Shown here: positions 1 through 9,901 of the stretch, one piece after another
Position numbering within the stretch: the stretch's first letter is position 1
How the letters are laid out: each line of letters begins with the position of its first letter
DNA from: Candidatus Bathyarchaeia archaeon
GTDB lineage: Archaea > Thermoproteota > Bathyarchaeia > TCS64
DNA length: 54,736 nt
Direction of reading: 5' to 3'
Assembly (NCBI GenBank): GCA_050014495.1
Contig: JBEKDF010000018.1
Coordinates: 1 to 54,736 of the forward strand
Made by a program: the position numbers and the translations under genes
Notes under the pieces: generated by a model
Told to the model about the DNA's origin: nothing
Database searches by the model: none
The model's input: only the letters and a program-made list of their open reading frames with translations

Positions 1-208
1 CTAACATTCATGAGCGCGTGCATAGATTTAGGGATAGTTGTCTCTTCCTATAATGTACTACGCAAAAAATTCCTTTCTTTGTCCCAGCAAATTAAACATC
101 ATGCCAACGAGCACACAACACGCTCGCGTGCGATTAATTATTGATGTATTTTTTTAAGAAATCTATATATGGGCTACAGGGAGCTTTAGGTAAAGTCATT
201 CCGTAAAT

Positions 209-529
209 TTGAGTCTCGAGGAGGAGAGGACCATCGATAAAACTGATTTAGCTCTAAGGAAGAATACGTTGCCTCAACCCGTTAAAAAGGACGGGACCAT
301 GAAGATCGCACTGGAAACATTCTATGCCAGTGTCGGCGAGGAACACGAGCAATTAGGTAGGACATATCTGCGGATACGGGAGATTGGTACTTTCACATCA
401 AACACCCCATACCCGTTTATTCGTGAAAAAATAAATGAAGCTGTCAAAGAAGAACAACTCAGAGATAAGAAGATGCTGGACCTTATAGAAAATTATGGAG
501 AACATCGGAGACAACTTCTTCAAAGGTAA
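209..529 (+). CDS. hypothetical protein
   Basis: 106-aa ORF with TTG start and upstream TATA-like CTATATAT; no recognisable motif. Confidence 0.55.
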   Translation: MSLEEERTIDKTDLALRKNTLPQPVKKDGTMKIALETFYASVGEEHEQLGRTYLRIREIGTFTSNTPYPFIREKINEAVKEEQLRDKKMLDLIENYGEHRRQLLQR

Positions 530-637
530 CAAGGATAGACTGGGTAGCGCGCTGATTCCTTAGTAGACATCTACCTAGTCGACCTTATTCAATATTTAAT
601 AACCTAACAAGCATGAAAGATCACGAAGCGAGCGTGA

Positions 638-1144
638 ATGATTCACGAAGAAGAGGAAACCCAAATCAAGGACATATCAGAAGAATACTTTGATAGCTTC
701 TACAACTGCCTCGACTCGGTGGCCAGAGAAAGGCTGTACCTAGCACTCGTTAGAGCACCACCGTTGGAGGAGACAAGGAAATTTCTAAGTTCAGGACTTG
801 ATGAAGGTGTAATAAGAAAGATCTCGGTGAAGCAAGGGAATGTAATAGGCTGGTGCGATATCTCCCCAGGGAATAACGAGGGCTTCACTCACTCCGGTAG
901 ACTAGCTATGGGTGTAATTAAAAAATATCGAGGAAGGGGAATAGGGAAAAGACTCTTAATAAATGCAATAGCGGAGGTGAAGAAGAAGGGAATTGAAAGG
1001 ATCGAGTTGGAGGTTTACTCATCAAATATCCCAGCGTTAACTCTCTACGAAAAACATGGGTTTGTACGCGAAGGAGTCAAGGTGAAGGCACGAAAACTCG
1101 ATGGAGTATATGAGGATATCATAGAAATGGCCCTCATTCTATAG
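638..1144 (+). CDS. GNAT family N-acetyltransferase
   Basis: Acetyl-CoA motif A 'YRGRGIGKRL' and 'N.PAL.LYEKHGF'. Confidence 0.9.
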   Translation: MIHEEEETQIKDISEEYFDSFYNCLDSVARERLYLALVRAPPLEETRKFLSSGLDEGVIRKISVKQGNVIGWCDISPGNNEGFTHSGRLAMGVIKKYRGRGIGKRLLINAIAEVKKKGIERIELEVYSSNIPALTLYEKHGFVREGVKVKARKLDGVYEDIIEMALIL

Positions 1145-1201
1145 TGAGGGCGCGCGCATCCTTCTACATAATTTGTTATATCCAGCTTGGCCTTTTGATA
1201 C

Positions 1202-2095
1202 ATGTCCAAAATGACGGATCCAGTGATAGTTATACACGGTGGTGCATGGGCTATACCAGATAGACTGGTCGAGGTAAACATCCATGGAGTGGAGGAAGCT
1301 ACAGGAAAGGGGTGGAGCGTCCTAGGGAGAGGCGGATTAGCGCTGGACGCCGTCATGGTGGCCGTGAATTGCCTCGAGGACAACCCGGTGTTTGACGCAG
1401 GTGTAGGCTCAGTACTCACGGAGGAGGGCACGGTCGAGATGGACGCCATGATAATGGACGGCGCTACACTCGGGGCGGGGGCAGTAGCTGGACTATACGA
1501 CATCAGACACCCAATAGAGCTGGCACGCGTAGTCATGGAGAAGACGCCTCACGTTCTAATGATAGGAGAAGGCGCTCGACGACTCGCAGAAAAATATGGG
1601 GTCGAGAAACTGGCACAGAGCAAGCTGGTGACCGATGAGGCCCGCCAAGAGCTCATCGAATGGCTCGAGAAGAAGCGACTCGGTGCCTCCTTTGGACACG
1701 AAACTGTGGGAGCCGTGGCACTCGATGAGAAGGGAAACATCGCAGCGGCCACATCGACTGGTGGCGTAACGGGGAAGCTCGTGGGAAGGGTTGGCGACGT
1801 ACCCATAGTGGGCAGCGGAGGGTATGCCGATAACAAGATCGGGGGAGTCTCATCAACGGGCCACGGGGAGTCCATAATGAAGGTAAACCTCTCGAGACTT
1901 GTCCTCACATACATGGAGGCTGGGAATCCCATACAGGAAGCTGCAGACAAGGCCCTAGCTTATATGAGTCAGCGCGTAGGCGGAAGCGGTGGAGTCGTAG
2001 CCTTAGACACTAATGGAAATGTTGGGCATAGCTACACAACGAAGCGAATGGTCTGGGCTAGCGCGAGAAACGGGAAAATAGAATCAGGCATATAA
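1202..2095 (+). CDS. iaaA: isoaspartyl peptidase/L-asparaginase (type 2, Ntn hydrolase)
   Basis: IHGGAW N-terminus, autocleavage 'ETVGAVALD', 'ATSTGG', 'GRVGDVP', 'STGHGE'. Confidence 0.9.
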   Translation: MSKMTDPVIVIHGGAWAIPDRLVEVNIHGVEEATGKGWSVLGRGGLALDAVMVAVNCLEDNPVFDAGVGSVLTEEGTVEMDAMIMDGATLGAGAVAGLYDIRHPIELARVVMEKTPHVLMIGEGARRLAEKYGVEKLAQSKLVTDEARQELIEWLEKKRLGASFGHETVGAVALDEKGNIAAATSTGGVTGKLVGRVGDVPIVGSGGYADNKIGGVSSTGHGESIMKVNLSRLVLTYMEAGNPIQEAADKALAYMSQRVGGSGGVVALDTNGNVGHSYTTKRMVWASARNGKIESGI

Positions 2096-2284
2096 TCTCA
2101 CTAGAACTAGTCGTCAGTTAAATAATTGACTAAGTGTTCTGATTATCTATTTCAAATCCACAATAATTTGCACGCGCGCAATCGAGGATAATGTGTTTAC
2201 ACTGCGAATTCGAGCGCTTATTCAATAGGATCAGCTATGATATCACTTACAACTTCATAATCTAGGAGAAATAATTATAATGAG

Positions 2285-3715
2285 ATGTCGGATAAGGGAG
2301 ACCCAAAATTAACACTCTTCGACGTCACCAACCTAGTCGTAGGAGCCATAATCGGAGCCGACATATACGTCGCCTCAAGCTTTGGAGCCGCCTACCTCGG
2401 ACCCTCATCGCTACTCGTATGGGCGGCCGCCGGAGTTGTAGCTATAATAATCGCTCTTTGCTTCGCCCAATGTGCGGCCTACTTACCCCGAGTCGGTGGA
2501 CCATACGCTTACGCAAAGGAGGCCTGGGGAATATTTCCGGGATTCATAGTTGGCTGGTCACTCTGGCTAGCAGAATGGATCAGCCTCGCAGTCTTCCCAG
2601 TAGCCTTCCTCAGATACCTATCATTCTTCCAACCAAATATAGACCCCGTTTTCCAGGTCCTCATCAAGACCCTCTTCGTAACCTTCCTAATATTGACTAA
2701 CATCCTAGGCGTGAAAGCCGCCGGTAGAACAAATGACGCCCTCACCATAATCAAACTCGCTCCACTGATTCTCTTCGTAGTGGCTGGCGTGGGATACATA
2801 CTCCTCAACCCCACTACCGCAGTGGAGAACCTCACCCCCTTCGCACCCTTCGGCTACACAAGCTTCGGCTTCACGCTCGTACTAGTCTTCTGGGCTTACG
2901 CTGGTTTCGAGATATCAACAATACCCGCAGATGTCGTGGAGAACCCTGGTCGCGTAATACCCAGAGCAATAGTCCTTGGGATGACCATCGTAACAGTCTT
3001 CTACTTAGCCACAAACTTCGTTCTCTTCGCAGTCAGAACCTCGCCCCAATTAGCAACAGACCTAGCACCACTTGCCTCCGCAACATCCAGCATCCTCGGC
3101 ACAAACTCCCTCCTAGCCATCCTGGGAGGACTAGTCGTTAGCGTTGGCGCACTGATATCAGTCGCTGGATCCGATGAATCGGGAATGATCGGGACATCAA
3201 GACTTGGCTACGCACTCGCAGTAGACGGCTTATTCCCTAAAATCTTCGCCAAGATACACCCAAAGTACAAGACACCATACCTCGCCATAATCATACAGGC
3301 TGCAACCGCCCTCATTGCATCACTCATAGGCAACCTCGGAACCCTTGTGGCCGTCTCCGTCTTTTTCCTAGCCATAGCATATGCTGCTACATGTGCATCA
3401 ATCCTATACTTCCGCAGACGAGATCCGGAACCCGCTTTCCGCCTCAAAGGCGGAATCCTCATACCTATTCTCGGAGTAATCTTCTCAATCTACCTCATTA
3501 CACAGTGCACAACGTCCCAGATCGCCATCGGGCTAATACTACTCGGCCTCGGGGTGCCGATGTATATAGTCTTCACTCCGAAGAAGGAACTAACAATCCT
3601 AAAGGAGGAACTTATAGCCCCTGGTGCTTTAAAGGAAGAAACGATGAAACTGAAGGAGAGATTCCTAGCCCACGCGATCTCGCATTTAAAGGAACTCTTT
3701 GGACACAAAGAATGA
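2285..3715 (+). CDS. APC-family amino acid permease
   Basis: About 12 hydrophobic segments; 'GAIIGADI', 'GGPYAYA', 'WAYAGFE'. Confidence 0.9.
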   Translation: MSDKGDPKLTLFDVTNLVVGAIIGADIYVASSFGAAYLGPSSLLVWAAAGVVAIIIALCFAQCAAYLPRVGGPYAYAKEAWGIFPGFIVGWSLWLAEWISLAVFPVAFLRYLSFFQPNIDPVFQVLIKTLFVTFLILTNILGVKAAGRTNDALTIIKLAPLILFVVAGVGYILLNPTTAVENLTPFAPFGYTSFGFTLVLVFWAYAGFEISTIPADVVENPGRVIPRAIVLGMTIVTVFYLATNFVLFAVRTSPQLATDLAPLASATSSILGTNSLLAILGGLVVSVGALISVAGSDESGMIGTSRLGYALAVDGLFPKIFAKIHPKYKTPYLAIIIQAATALIASLIGNLGTLVAVSVFFLAIAYAATCASILYFRRRDPEPAFRLKGGILIPILGVIFSIYLITQCTTSQIAIGLILLGLGVPMYIVFTPKKELTILKEELIAPGALKEETMKLKERFLAHAISHLKELFGHKE

Positions 3716-3807
3716 TCGAAACGCGGCTCATCAACATCCTTGAAAGAAACCCTGCACACGTCAAATTTTATAAAACCACTCACATAAGAGAATCTGGGAC
3801 ATGGCGA

Positions 3808-3963
3808 ATGATTCTCACACACACGTGTATCATAACAGACGACGTGAAGGGATTGAGCCTATTCTACCAAACCGTCCTAGGGATTAATCCAGTGTTATAC
3901 AGAGAAGATTACTCTGAATTCAACACAGAACGAGGTAACCTCTCAATATGCGCGCGCATATGA
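3808..3963 (+). pseudogene. truncated VOC/glyoxalase-family gene (N-terminal half)
   Basis: MILTHTCIITDDVKGLSLFYQTVLG... is a typical VOC N-terminus; the frame ends at about 51 aa inside the palindrome ATATGCGCGCGCATAT. Confidence 0.65.
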
Positions 3964-3981
3964 AACTAGATTATCTCTTTC

Positions 3982-4383
3982 TCAGATATCTAGACCCATT
4001 CTACTCAGAGACTCGTTGAACCTCTGATACTCTGCTAGAAAATCTTCCCCCTTTTCCGTCACAGAGAAGCAGGAGCCGAGGCGCTCGCAGAAGCCTATAC
4101 GAGTTAGAAAACTTAGGACCCCCATAAGCCGATCATAGGGCATATTGACATGAGCGGCTATACGTGTCAGGCTTGGCCTCCTGTGCTCGGTGAGCTCCTG
4201 ATTGAGTGCGGTGAGTATGTCGTAGTAGATCTCAAACCTATTACGCTTCCTCTGCTTGGTTATAGGCTCAGGACCGTTATCAGTTGACAGTAGATCTAGC
4301 TTAGCCACTCTTGAGTCACGCGTTGAAAATAATCGGATATATTTATTTATAGAAAACGGATTGGCAATTCGTATCAAATACAC
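3982..4383 (-). CDS. archaeal winged-helix transcriptional regulator (true start probably downstream of the ORF start)
   Basis: 'RNRFEIYYDIL...TRIAAHVNMPY...VTEKG' wHTH pattern. Confidence 0.75.
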   Translation of the reverse strand: MYLIRIANPFSINKYIRLFSTRDSRVAKLDLLSTDNGPEPITKQRKRNRFEIYYDILTALNQELTEHRRPSLTRIAAHVNMPYDRLMGVLSFLTRIGFCERLGSCFSVTEKGEDFLAEYQRFNESLSRMGLDI

Positions 4384-4512
4384 GGTTTAGGGCGTCTTTT
4401 GCGCGTAAGTTTAATCGTAAATGTAGTCACGCGTTCGAAAATGCAGGTATAATTTTGTTTAATCGCACACAAGCCATAAAGGAATATTACTCTGCATTCC
4501 AAAACGCTACAC

Positions 4513-4878
4513 ATGACAGCAAAGAAGATACTCTATGTGCAAACAAGTGGGACGGACACCCCGGAGAGATTATATGCCCCCTTCATTCTCGGAGCAACCG
4601 CAGCAGCTATGGGCATAGAAGCCACCATCTACTTCGTAATAAAGGGGATAACCGTCGTCAAGTCGGGAGAAGCTGAGAAGATAAAGATCGGTGCATTCCC
4701 GAGCCTGAAGGAAGTAATGGATCAGGCGATCAAGGCGGGGGTGAAGCTGATGGTCTGTGAACAGAGCTGTATGCTATTCAACCTACCAAGGGGTAGTTTC
4801 GTGGGAGAGGCTGGCATCGTCGGTGCGGCGACCCTGAATGATCTGCTCTTAGATGCTGATGCCGTGATAAGCTTCTAA
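4513..4878 (+). CDS. DsrE/DsrF-like family protein
   Basis: 'AAAMGIEATIYF', 'GVKLMVCEQSC', 'GAATL' signature. Confidence 0.85.
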   Translation: MTAKKILYVQTSGTDTPERLYAPFILGATAAAMGIEATIYFVIKGITVVKSGEAEKIKIGAFPSLKEVMDQAIKAGVKLMVCEQSCMLFNLPRGSFVGEAGIVGAATLNDLLLDADAVISF

Positions 4879-4981
4879 CTCTCTTTACCTTCTTTTAATA
4901 AAAATTAAATTTGATATTTCAGTGCACACACGACTCTTTATCTTCTAATATTAGTTTCACCAAAAACAATGTGGGGTAAAC

Positions 4982-5908
4982 ATGTCCGCTGCATTCAATG
5001 GAGCGAAGTACTGCTGGATGGATGGGAGGGTTGTAGAAACCGAGAAGGCGCTCGTATCAGCCATGGAGCCTATATACCTCGGGATATTTGAGGGAATAAA
5101 GGCTTACACTAAGGATGACATAGGAGGAGAGGGACGGCTCTTCGTATTCTCCTGGGATCAGCACATGGACAGGCTGTGGAGAAGCGCTGCGATTGACGGG
5201 TTGAAGATGCCATACAGCAGGGAAGAGCTGTTGGAGGGACTCAAAGTCGTTGTTGAAGCGAACAAATTCAAGTCCAACATCTACATACAACCCAGGATCT
5301 GGCCGAAGGCAGGTGAACCAGAAGAGGTCCACGTCGTGATCCCGGTTTGGAAGTTCAACACTCTCCTACCAGCGAGCAATCCAGAGTTCTCGAAGAGCAG
5401 AAGATTCATGGTGAGCAGCTGGAGGAGGATTTCGAGCGATGCCCTGCCACCCCAAGCTAAGAGCTGGGCGAACTATGCTAACAGCAACCTAGCCGTTAGG
5501 GAGGCGAAGAGGTGCGGCTACGACTCCGCAATATTTCTAGACAGCAGGGGCTTCGTATCGGAGGGCACGGGAGCATGCGTGATGAGTGTCCGCGACGATA
5601 AACTGATCACCCCACCTGTGACCGCCAGCATACTCGAGTCCGTCACACGGAACCTCTTCCTGGAGTTCGTCCCCTACGATCTCGGGATTACAACTGAGGT
5701 AAGAGATCTAACCCGCGCCGAGTTATACGCGTCCGATGAGGCCTTCCTATGCGGAACTGGTGGGGAGGTCACTCCCATAACCAGTGTCGACGATATCCAA
5801 CTGGGTGGTGAGTACCCTGGACCAGTTACGAAGAGAATAGCTGACTACTACTCGGAGATCATTGCAGGTAAGGTGGAAAAGTATAGTAGCAGATTAACCC
5901 CACTTTAG
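4982..5908 (+). CDS. ilvE: class IV PLP aminotransferase (branched-chain aminotransferase-like)
   Basis: 'FEGIKAY', 'H.DRL.RSA', catalytic Lys in 'QAKSWANY', 'SEGTGA', 'ILESVTR', 'DEAFLCGT'. Confidence 0.8.
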   Translation: MSAAFNGAKYCWMDGRVVETEKALVSAMEPIYLGIFEGIKAYTKDDIGGEGRLFVFSWDQHMDRLWRSAAIDGLKMPYSREELLEGLKVVVEANKFKSNIYIQPRIWPKAGEPEEVHVVIPVWKFNTLLPASNPEFSKSRRFMVSSWRRISSDALPPQAKSWANYANSNLAVREAKRCGYDSAIFLDSRGFVSEGTGACVMSVRDDKLITPPVTASILESVTRNLFLEFVPYDLGITTEVRDLTRAELYASDEAFLCGTGGEVTPITSVDDIQLGGEYPGPVTKRIADYYSEIIAGKVEKYSSRLTPL

Positions 5909-6026
5909 CTTCACGTAAGCTCTTAGACGTGCGCTAGGTGTGTGTGGAGTTTTTGAGCGTACGGATAGCCACCTATTTGAGTAATAGCAATGAATGGAAA
6001 TGCATGAACACTTAACGTTGATCTAA

Positions 6027-6707
6027 ATGCCTTCCGTGGATGCTAACAATCACGACAGCGGCAGAGACCTGCTGAAATGGTTGGCACTGGCCACCATGAC
6101 AATAGATCATATAGGACTCGTACTCTACCCCCAATTCTTGATCTTAAGGATCATAGGGAGGTTGGCTTTCCCAATATTCTCCTATTTACTCGTACTCGGG
6201 ATGGAAAGCACACATGATCCTAGGAGATACTTTTATAGAATGCTCGGCTTCGCATTCCTCTCCCAGATCCCATTCGCTATAGCAAATGAAATCCCCATCT
6301 GGCAACACCTAAATATCTTCTTCACCCTCTCCCTTGGCATCATCCTCATATACTCTCTTGAGAAAAACAATATACTCTTTATCATACCATTCGTTGCATC
6401 AATTATCATTCCCGTCGACTATGGCATCTATGGCTTAGCAACAATTCTATTTCTCCACGAAATGAGGAGCTTTAAGTGGACTGGAGTGGCTTTTCTCGTC
6501 TCGATGAATTTATTATTGATACCATTCGCATCATATCAACCCTTAGCGTTACTCGCCTTACCCATAATTTTACTCCATATAAACGGGAAGCTAAATTTCA
6601 CTCTATTGAAAAAAGAAACAAAATATCCCAAAATAACAAGATACTTTTTTTATGCATACTATCCCATCCATCTACTTGTCTTATCATTAATCAGAATCAT
6701 TGGATGA
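6027..6707 (+). CDS. TraX-family membrane protein
   Basis: 'LKWLALATMTIDHIG...IGRLAFPIF', 'NIFFTL', 'DYG.YG', 'FYAYYPIHL'. Confidence 0.85.
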   Translation: MPSVDANNHDSGRDLLKWLALATMTIDHIGLVLYPQFLILRIIGRLAFPIFSYLLVLGMESTHDPRRYFYRMLGFAFLSQIPFAIANEIPIWQHLNIFFTLSLGIILIYSLEKNNILFIIPFVASIIIPVDYGIYGLATILFLHEMRSFKWTGVAFLVSMNLLLIPFASYQPLALLALPIILLHINGKLNFTLLKKETKYPKITRYFFYAYYPIHLLVLSLIRIIG

Positions 6708-6768
6708 CAATTAGATTATACAAGTGCGCGACGACGAATCGATTATCTACCACTAAGACTATGAATAT

Positions 6769-7293
6769 TTGATGACTCGATTAAAACTCGGCGACACCGC
6801 CCCCGACTTCACCATCGATTCAATTAACAAAGGAATGGTAACACTAAACGAATTTAGAGGCCACAAAACACTACTTATTTTCAGCAGATACTTCGGACGC
6901 CCCGTATGCCAACAAGAATTCGATGAGTTGAGGGAATTCCTGAAAAACCACCCCTCCTTGAAAGTGATTTATGTAAATCAGTCTCTACCAGATTACGCCA
7001 AGAAATTCATCGAGGACAAAGACGTCGATTTCCCCGTGATAACTTCCCCAAAAGTCAGCGGAAAATATGAATTATATGAGTTATACGGAGTTGGGGGCTT
7101 GGGCCCAGTTAAAATTCTTAACCTATTAGTAAAGAGTCGCGAAGCCCAGAGGCTCGGGAAAAAACACGGGCCCTATGAAGGAGTCGAGATACAGAGCCCC
7201 GCCCAGTTCCTGATCGATGAGGAGTGCAAGATCATTTCCGCGGAGTATGGAGTATTTAATCCTGAGAAGCTGAAGAGATCATTAAAAATCTAA
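6769..7293 (+). CDS. AhpC/TSA (peroxiredoxin-like) redoxin
   Basis: 'LKLGDTAPDF', thioredoxin-fold 'RYFGRPVC', 'PAQFLIDE'. Confidence 0.75.
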   Translation: MMTRLKLGDTAPDFTIDSINKGMVTLNEFRGHKTLLIFSRYFGRPVCQQEFDELREFLKNHPSLKVIYVNQSLPDYAKKFIEDKDVDFPVITSPKVSGKYELYELYGVGGLGPVKILNLLVKSREAQRLGKKHGPYEGVEIQSPAQFLIDEECKIISAEYGVFNPEKLKRSLKI

Positions 7294-7361
7294 AAGTCAT
7301 ATTCGCAAATCATTTTAGTAGTATTCCCATGCCCATTTAAGGTAACATTCGTGTATTACTT

Positions 7362-7568
7362 TTACTTAGATTCGCGCGTTCGTCCCTTCCTAAGTGTATA
7401 GAGTAACAGTCTGTCGAACTCATCAAGGTCTAGCTCCATGTTCGAAAAACCCCTGAGGTCGAATACTTCCCCACACTTCTTGCATCTATAGCTATCAGAG
7501 CCCTCAATGCGTCTCAAGGGACTACCGCATGATAGGCATTGAAGTGTTTCTACTTGGGCAGTCTTCAT
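7362..7568 (-). CDS. small Zn-ribbon protein
   Basis: CxxC...CxxC (CLSC, CKKC). Confidence 0.6.
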   Translation of the reverse strand: MKTAQVETLQCLSCGSPLRRIEGSDSYRCKKCGEVFDLRGFSNMELDLDEFDRLLLYTLRKGRTRESK

Positions 7569-7662
7569 GTTTTCTCAAACTGAAAATATATTTAATGATA
7601 ATAAACAATTACGGAGTTTAAAACGATATAATAAATCCATTACGCGCACCAGCACGCGAAAC

Positions 7663-8601
7663 TCAGAATAGCTTCGCCTTCCCCTCACAGCCTAAGATCC
7701 TTATCTTACCCAATACAACTTCCCTAACCAGAGCTCTACCGGGGCCGATGAACTTTCGCGGGTCAAACTCCCCAGCATTCTCGAACAGGGCCTTTCTAAC
7801 TCCTGCGGTCATTGCGATCCTGAGGTCGGTGTCTATATTCACCTTCTGCACCCCGATGCCGACAGCTTCCATAATTTGCTCTTCAGGTACACCGCTGGAA
7901 CCCTTGATGCTGGCACCATACCTATTACATAAATCAACATACTTTGGCAGAACAGATGAGGCTCCATGAAGGACAAGAGGTACCCCGACGAGTCTTCGTA
8001 TCTGTCGGAGCCTCTCAAAGTCGAGCTTGGGTTCACCCTTGAACTTGTAAGCGCCATGTGAGGTGCCTATCGCAATCGCCAGAGAGTCACAGGAGGTTCT
8101 CTCCACGAACTCCTTCGCCTCCTCAGGGTCAGTGTAAGCGGCTTCCCTCGATATCAAACTCCCCTCGCCAGCATCGTGCTGCTCTCCGACGAGCCTACCG
8201 AGTTCGGCTTCAACCGAGACGTCTCTATCATGAGCGTAGTCAACAACCCTCTTTGTGATCTCAACATTTCTCTCGAATGGCTCATGGCTACCATCGATCA
8301 TCACAGAGGTGAAGCCATCATCGATCACTGATTTACAAAGTTCGAAGCTGTCCCCGTGGTCGAGGTGAACTGCAATGGGGAGACCCGATTCACTCTCCGC
8401 AGCCTCAGCAAGCTTCATGATGTAACCCCTCCCAGCATACTCACGAGCACCTCGGCTAACCTGAAGAATGAGTGGAGACTCAAGTTCCTTAGCGGCAGAG
8501 ACTATACCCTGCACAAGCTCCATATTGTTGATGTTGAAAGCACCAACAGCGAATCTCCCCCTAATCGCCTCGTCCAGTAGACGTTTAGTCGTCACAAACA
8601 T
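7663..8601 (-). CDS. fba: class II fructose-1,6-bisphosphate aldolase
   Basis: 'AVGAFNINN', 'HLDHG', 'SVMIDGS', 'VEAELG', 'GTSHGAYK', 'VLHGASS', 'KVNIDTD'. Confidence 0.95.
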   Translation of the reverse strand: MFVTTKRLLDEAIRGRFAVGAFNINNMELVQGIVSAAKELESPLILQVSRGAREYAGRGYIMKLAEAAESESGLPIAVHLDHGDSFELCKSVIDDGFTSVMIDGSHEPFERNVEITKRVVDYAHDRDVSVEAELGRLVGEQHDAGEGSLISREAAYTDPEEAKEFVERTSCDSLAIAIGTSHGAYKFKGEPKLDFERLRQIRRLVGVPLVLHGASSVLPKYVDLCNRYGASIKGSSGVPEEQIMEAVGIGVQKVNIDTDLRIAMTAGVRKALFENAGEFDPRKFIGPGRALVREVVLGKIRILGCEGKAKLF

Positions 8602-8615
8602 CGATCCATCTCTCC

Positions 8616-9677
8616 CTATTCATTCATCCCAAGGTATCTGTCAGCATCATCTATCATATTTTTGGGGACAGTTTTGAGGCTGGCTAACGCTTCATCTAAA
8701 CCGACGGTGACGATTTCTGTGCCATTTACGGCGACCATCCTGCCGAATTCTCCCCTCTCAACTGCCTCAACCACAGAAAAACCAAATCTGGTCCCCAAAA
8801 CCCTGTCGAAAGCGGATGGAGGTCCTGACCTCTGGAGGTAACCAAGCACAACGCTTTTGCATTCTATTCCTGTCTTCTCCTCGATCAGCGGGGCGAGTTG
8901 TTCAGTTATTCCCCCCAGCTGCACGTGGTTAAATTCATCCACCTTTTCACTCCTCAGAACAAATTCACCACCTATGGAGGTTGCCCCCTCACTGCATGCT
9001 ATTATTGTGTGCTCGAGCCCCAGAGCCCTTCTCTTGCTGACGACACTGCAAACCTCCTCGAGATTAAATGGCCGCTCAGGAACAAGAATTACATGAGCCC
9101 CACCTGCGATGCCTGCCTGGAGAGCTAACCAGCCAGCGTGCCTCCCCATAACCTCCACGATCAGAGTTCTCCCGTGACTGCTAGCAGTTGTGTGGAGTCT
9201 AGTAATTGCTTCAGAAGCTGTGTTGAGCGCAGAGTCGAACCCAACTGTATAATCTGTGCAATTTACATCGTTATCTATAGTCTTAGGTACACCAACAACA
9301 TTTACATCATCTAAACGCAGGTTCTTGGCAACACCAAGCGTGTCCTCTCCACCAATCGCGACTAGGTAATCAATCTTATTTTTTATCAGATTGTGCTTCA
9401 ATTCACTTATCCCATTAGGATGTTTGTAGGGGTTAGTTCTAGAAGTCCCGAGGATTGTCCCACCCAACATGTGAATCCCCTCGACATCACGCGGAATAAT
9501 TGAACGAACATCCCCCACACCTAGGAGACCAGCCCAACCATTCCGGATCCCGACTACCTCGTAATTGAGTGAATGTGCTCCGAGAGTTACTCCTCGAATT
9601 ACTGCGTTTAGACCCGGGGCATCTCCCCCGCCAGTTAAGACACCTATGACTTCCCCATGTACATCAGTTTTAGACAT
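8616..9677 (-). CDS. pfp: PfkA-family 6-phosphofructokinase, probably PPi-dependent
   Basis: 'TGGGDAPGLN', 'GGTILGTSR', 'GGEDT', 'PKTIDND', 'EVMGRHAGW'. Confidence 0.85.
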   Translation of the reverse strand: MSKTDVHGEVIGVLTGGGDAPGLNAVIRGVTLGAHSLNYEVVGIRNGWAGLLGVGDVRSIIPRDVEGIHMLGGTILGTSRTNPYKHPNGISELKHNLIKNKIDYLVAIGGEDTLGVAKNLRLDDVNVVGVPKTIDNDVNCTDYTVGFDSALNTASEAITRLHTTASSHGRTLIVEVMGRHAGWLALQAGIAGGAHVILVPERPFNLEEVCSVVSKRRALGLEHTIIACSEGATSIGGEFVLRSEKVDEFNHVQLGGITEQLAPLIEEKTGIECKSVVLGYLQRSGPPSAFDRVLGTRFGFSVVEAVERGEFGRMVAVNGTEIVTVGLDEALASLKTVPKNMIDDADRYLGMNE

Positions 9678-9858
9678 CTTTGCACCTCGTTCACAGCGCT
9701 GTGAACACGTATACTACGAAATAGTCGCGCCGAAACGCTTGAAGAAAATAAATATGGCGCTAATAGATAAACTTAGAGATACTCCGCGAGATACACGTAT
9801 GAACACCAATAAAATTATGAAGATAAATATTTGATTGTTTAAGTTACAGCGCGTACTA

Positions 9859-9891
9859 ATGTAACAAGTTTATATGTAACAATGTTACATA
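9859..9891. promoter_or_regulatory. probable PadR operator overlapping the TATA box
   Basis: Perfect inverted repeat TATGTAACA-A-TGTTACATA (9873-9891) plus an extra half-site ATGTAACA (9859-9866) around TTTATA, just upstream of the padR gene. Confidence 0.7.
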
Positions 9892-9901
9892 CTGCTCTGC
9901 C

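Noticed and set aside
3391..3807. First 139 codons of the 190-aa ORF
   Set aside because: An alternative frame over the permease 3' end; only 3808-3963 looks like real (VOC) coding sequence.
6027..6707. TraX as evidence of a conjugative element
   Set aside because: No other transfer genes are nearby, and TraX-family acyltransferases commonly occur alone.
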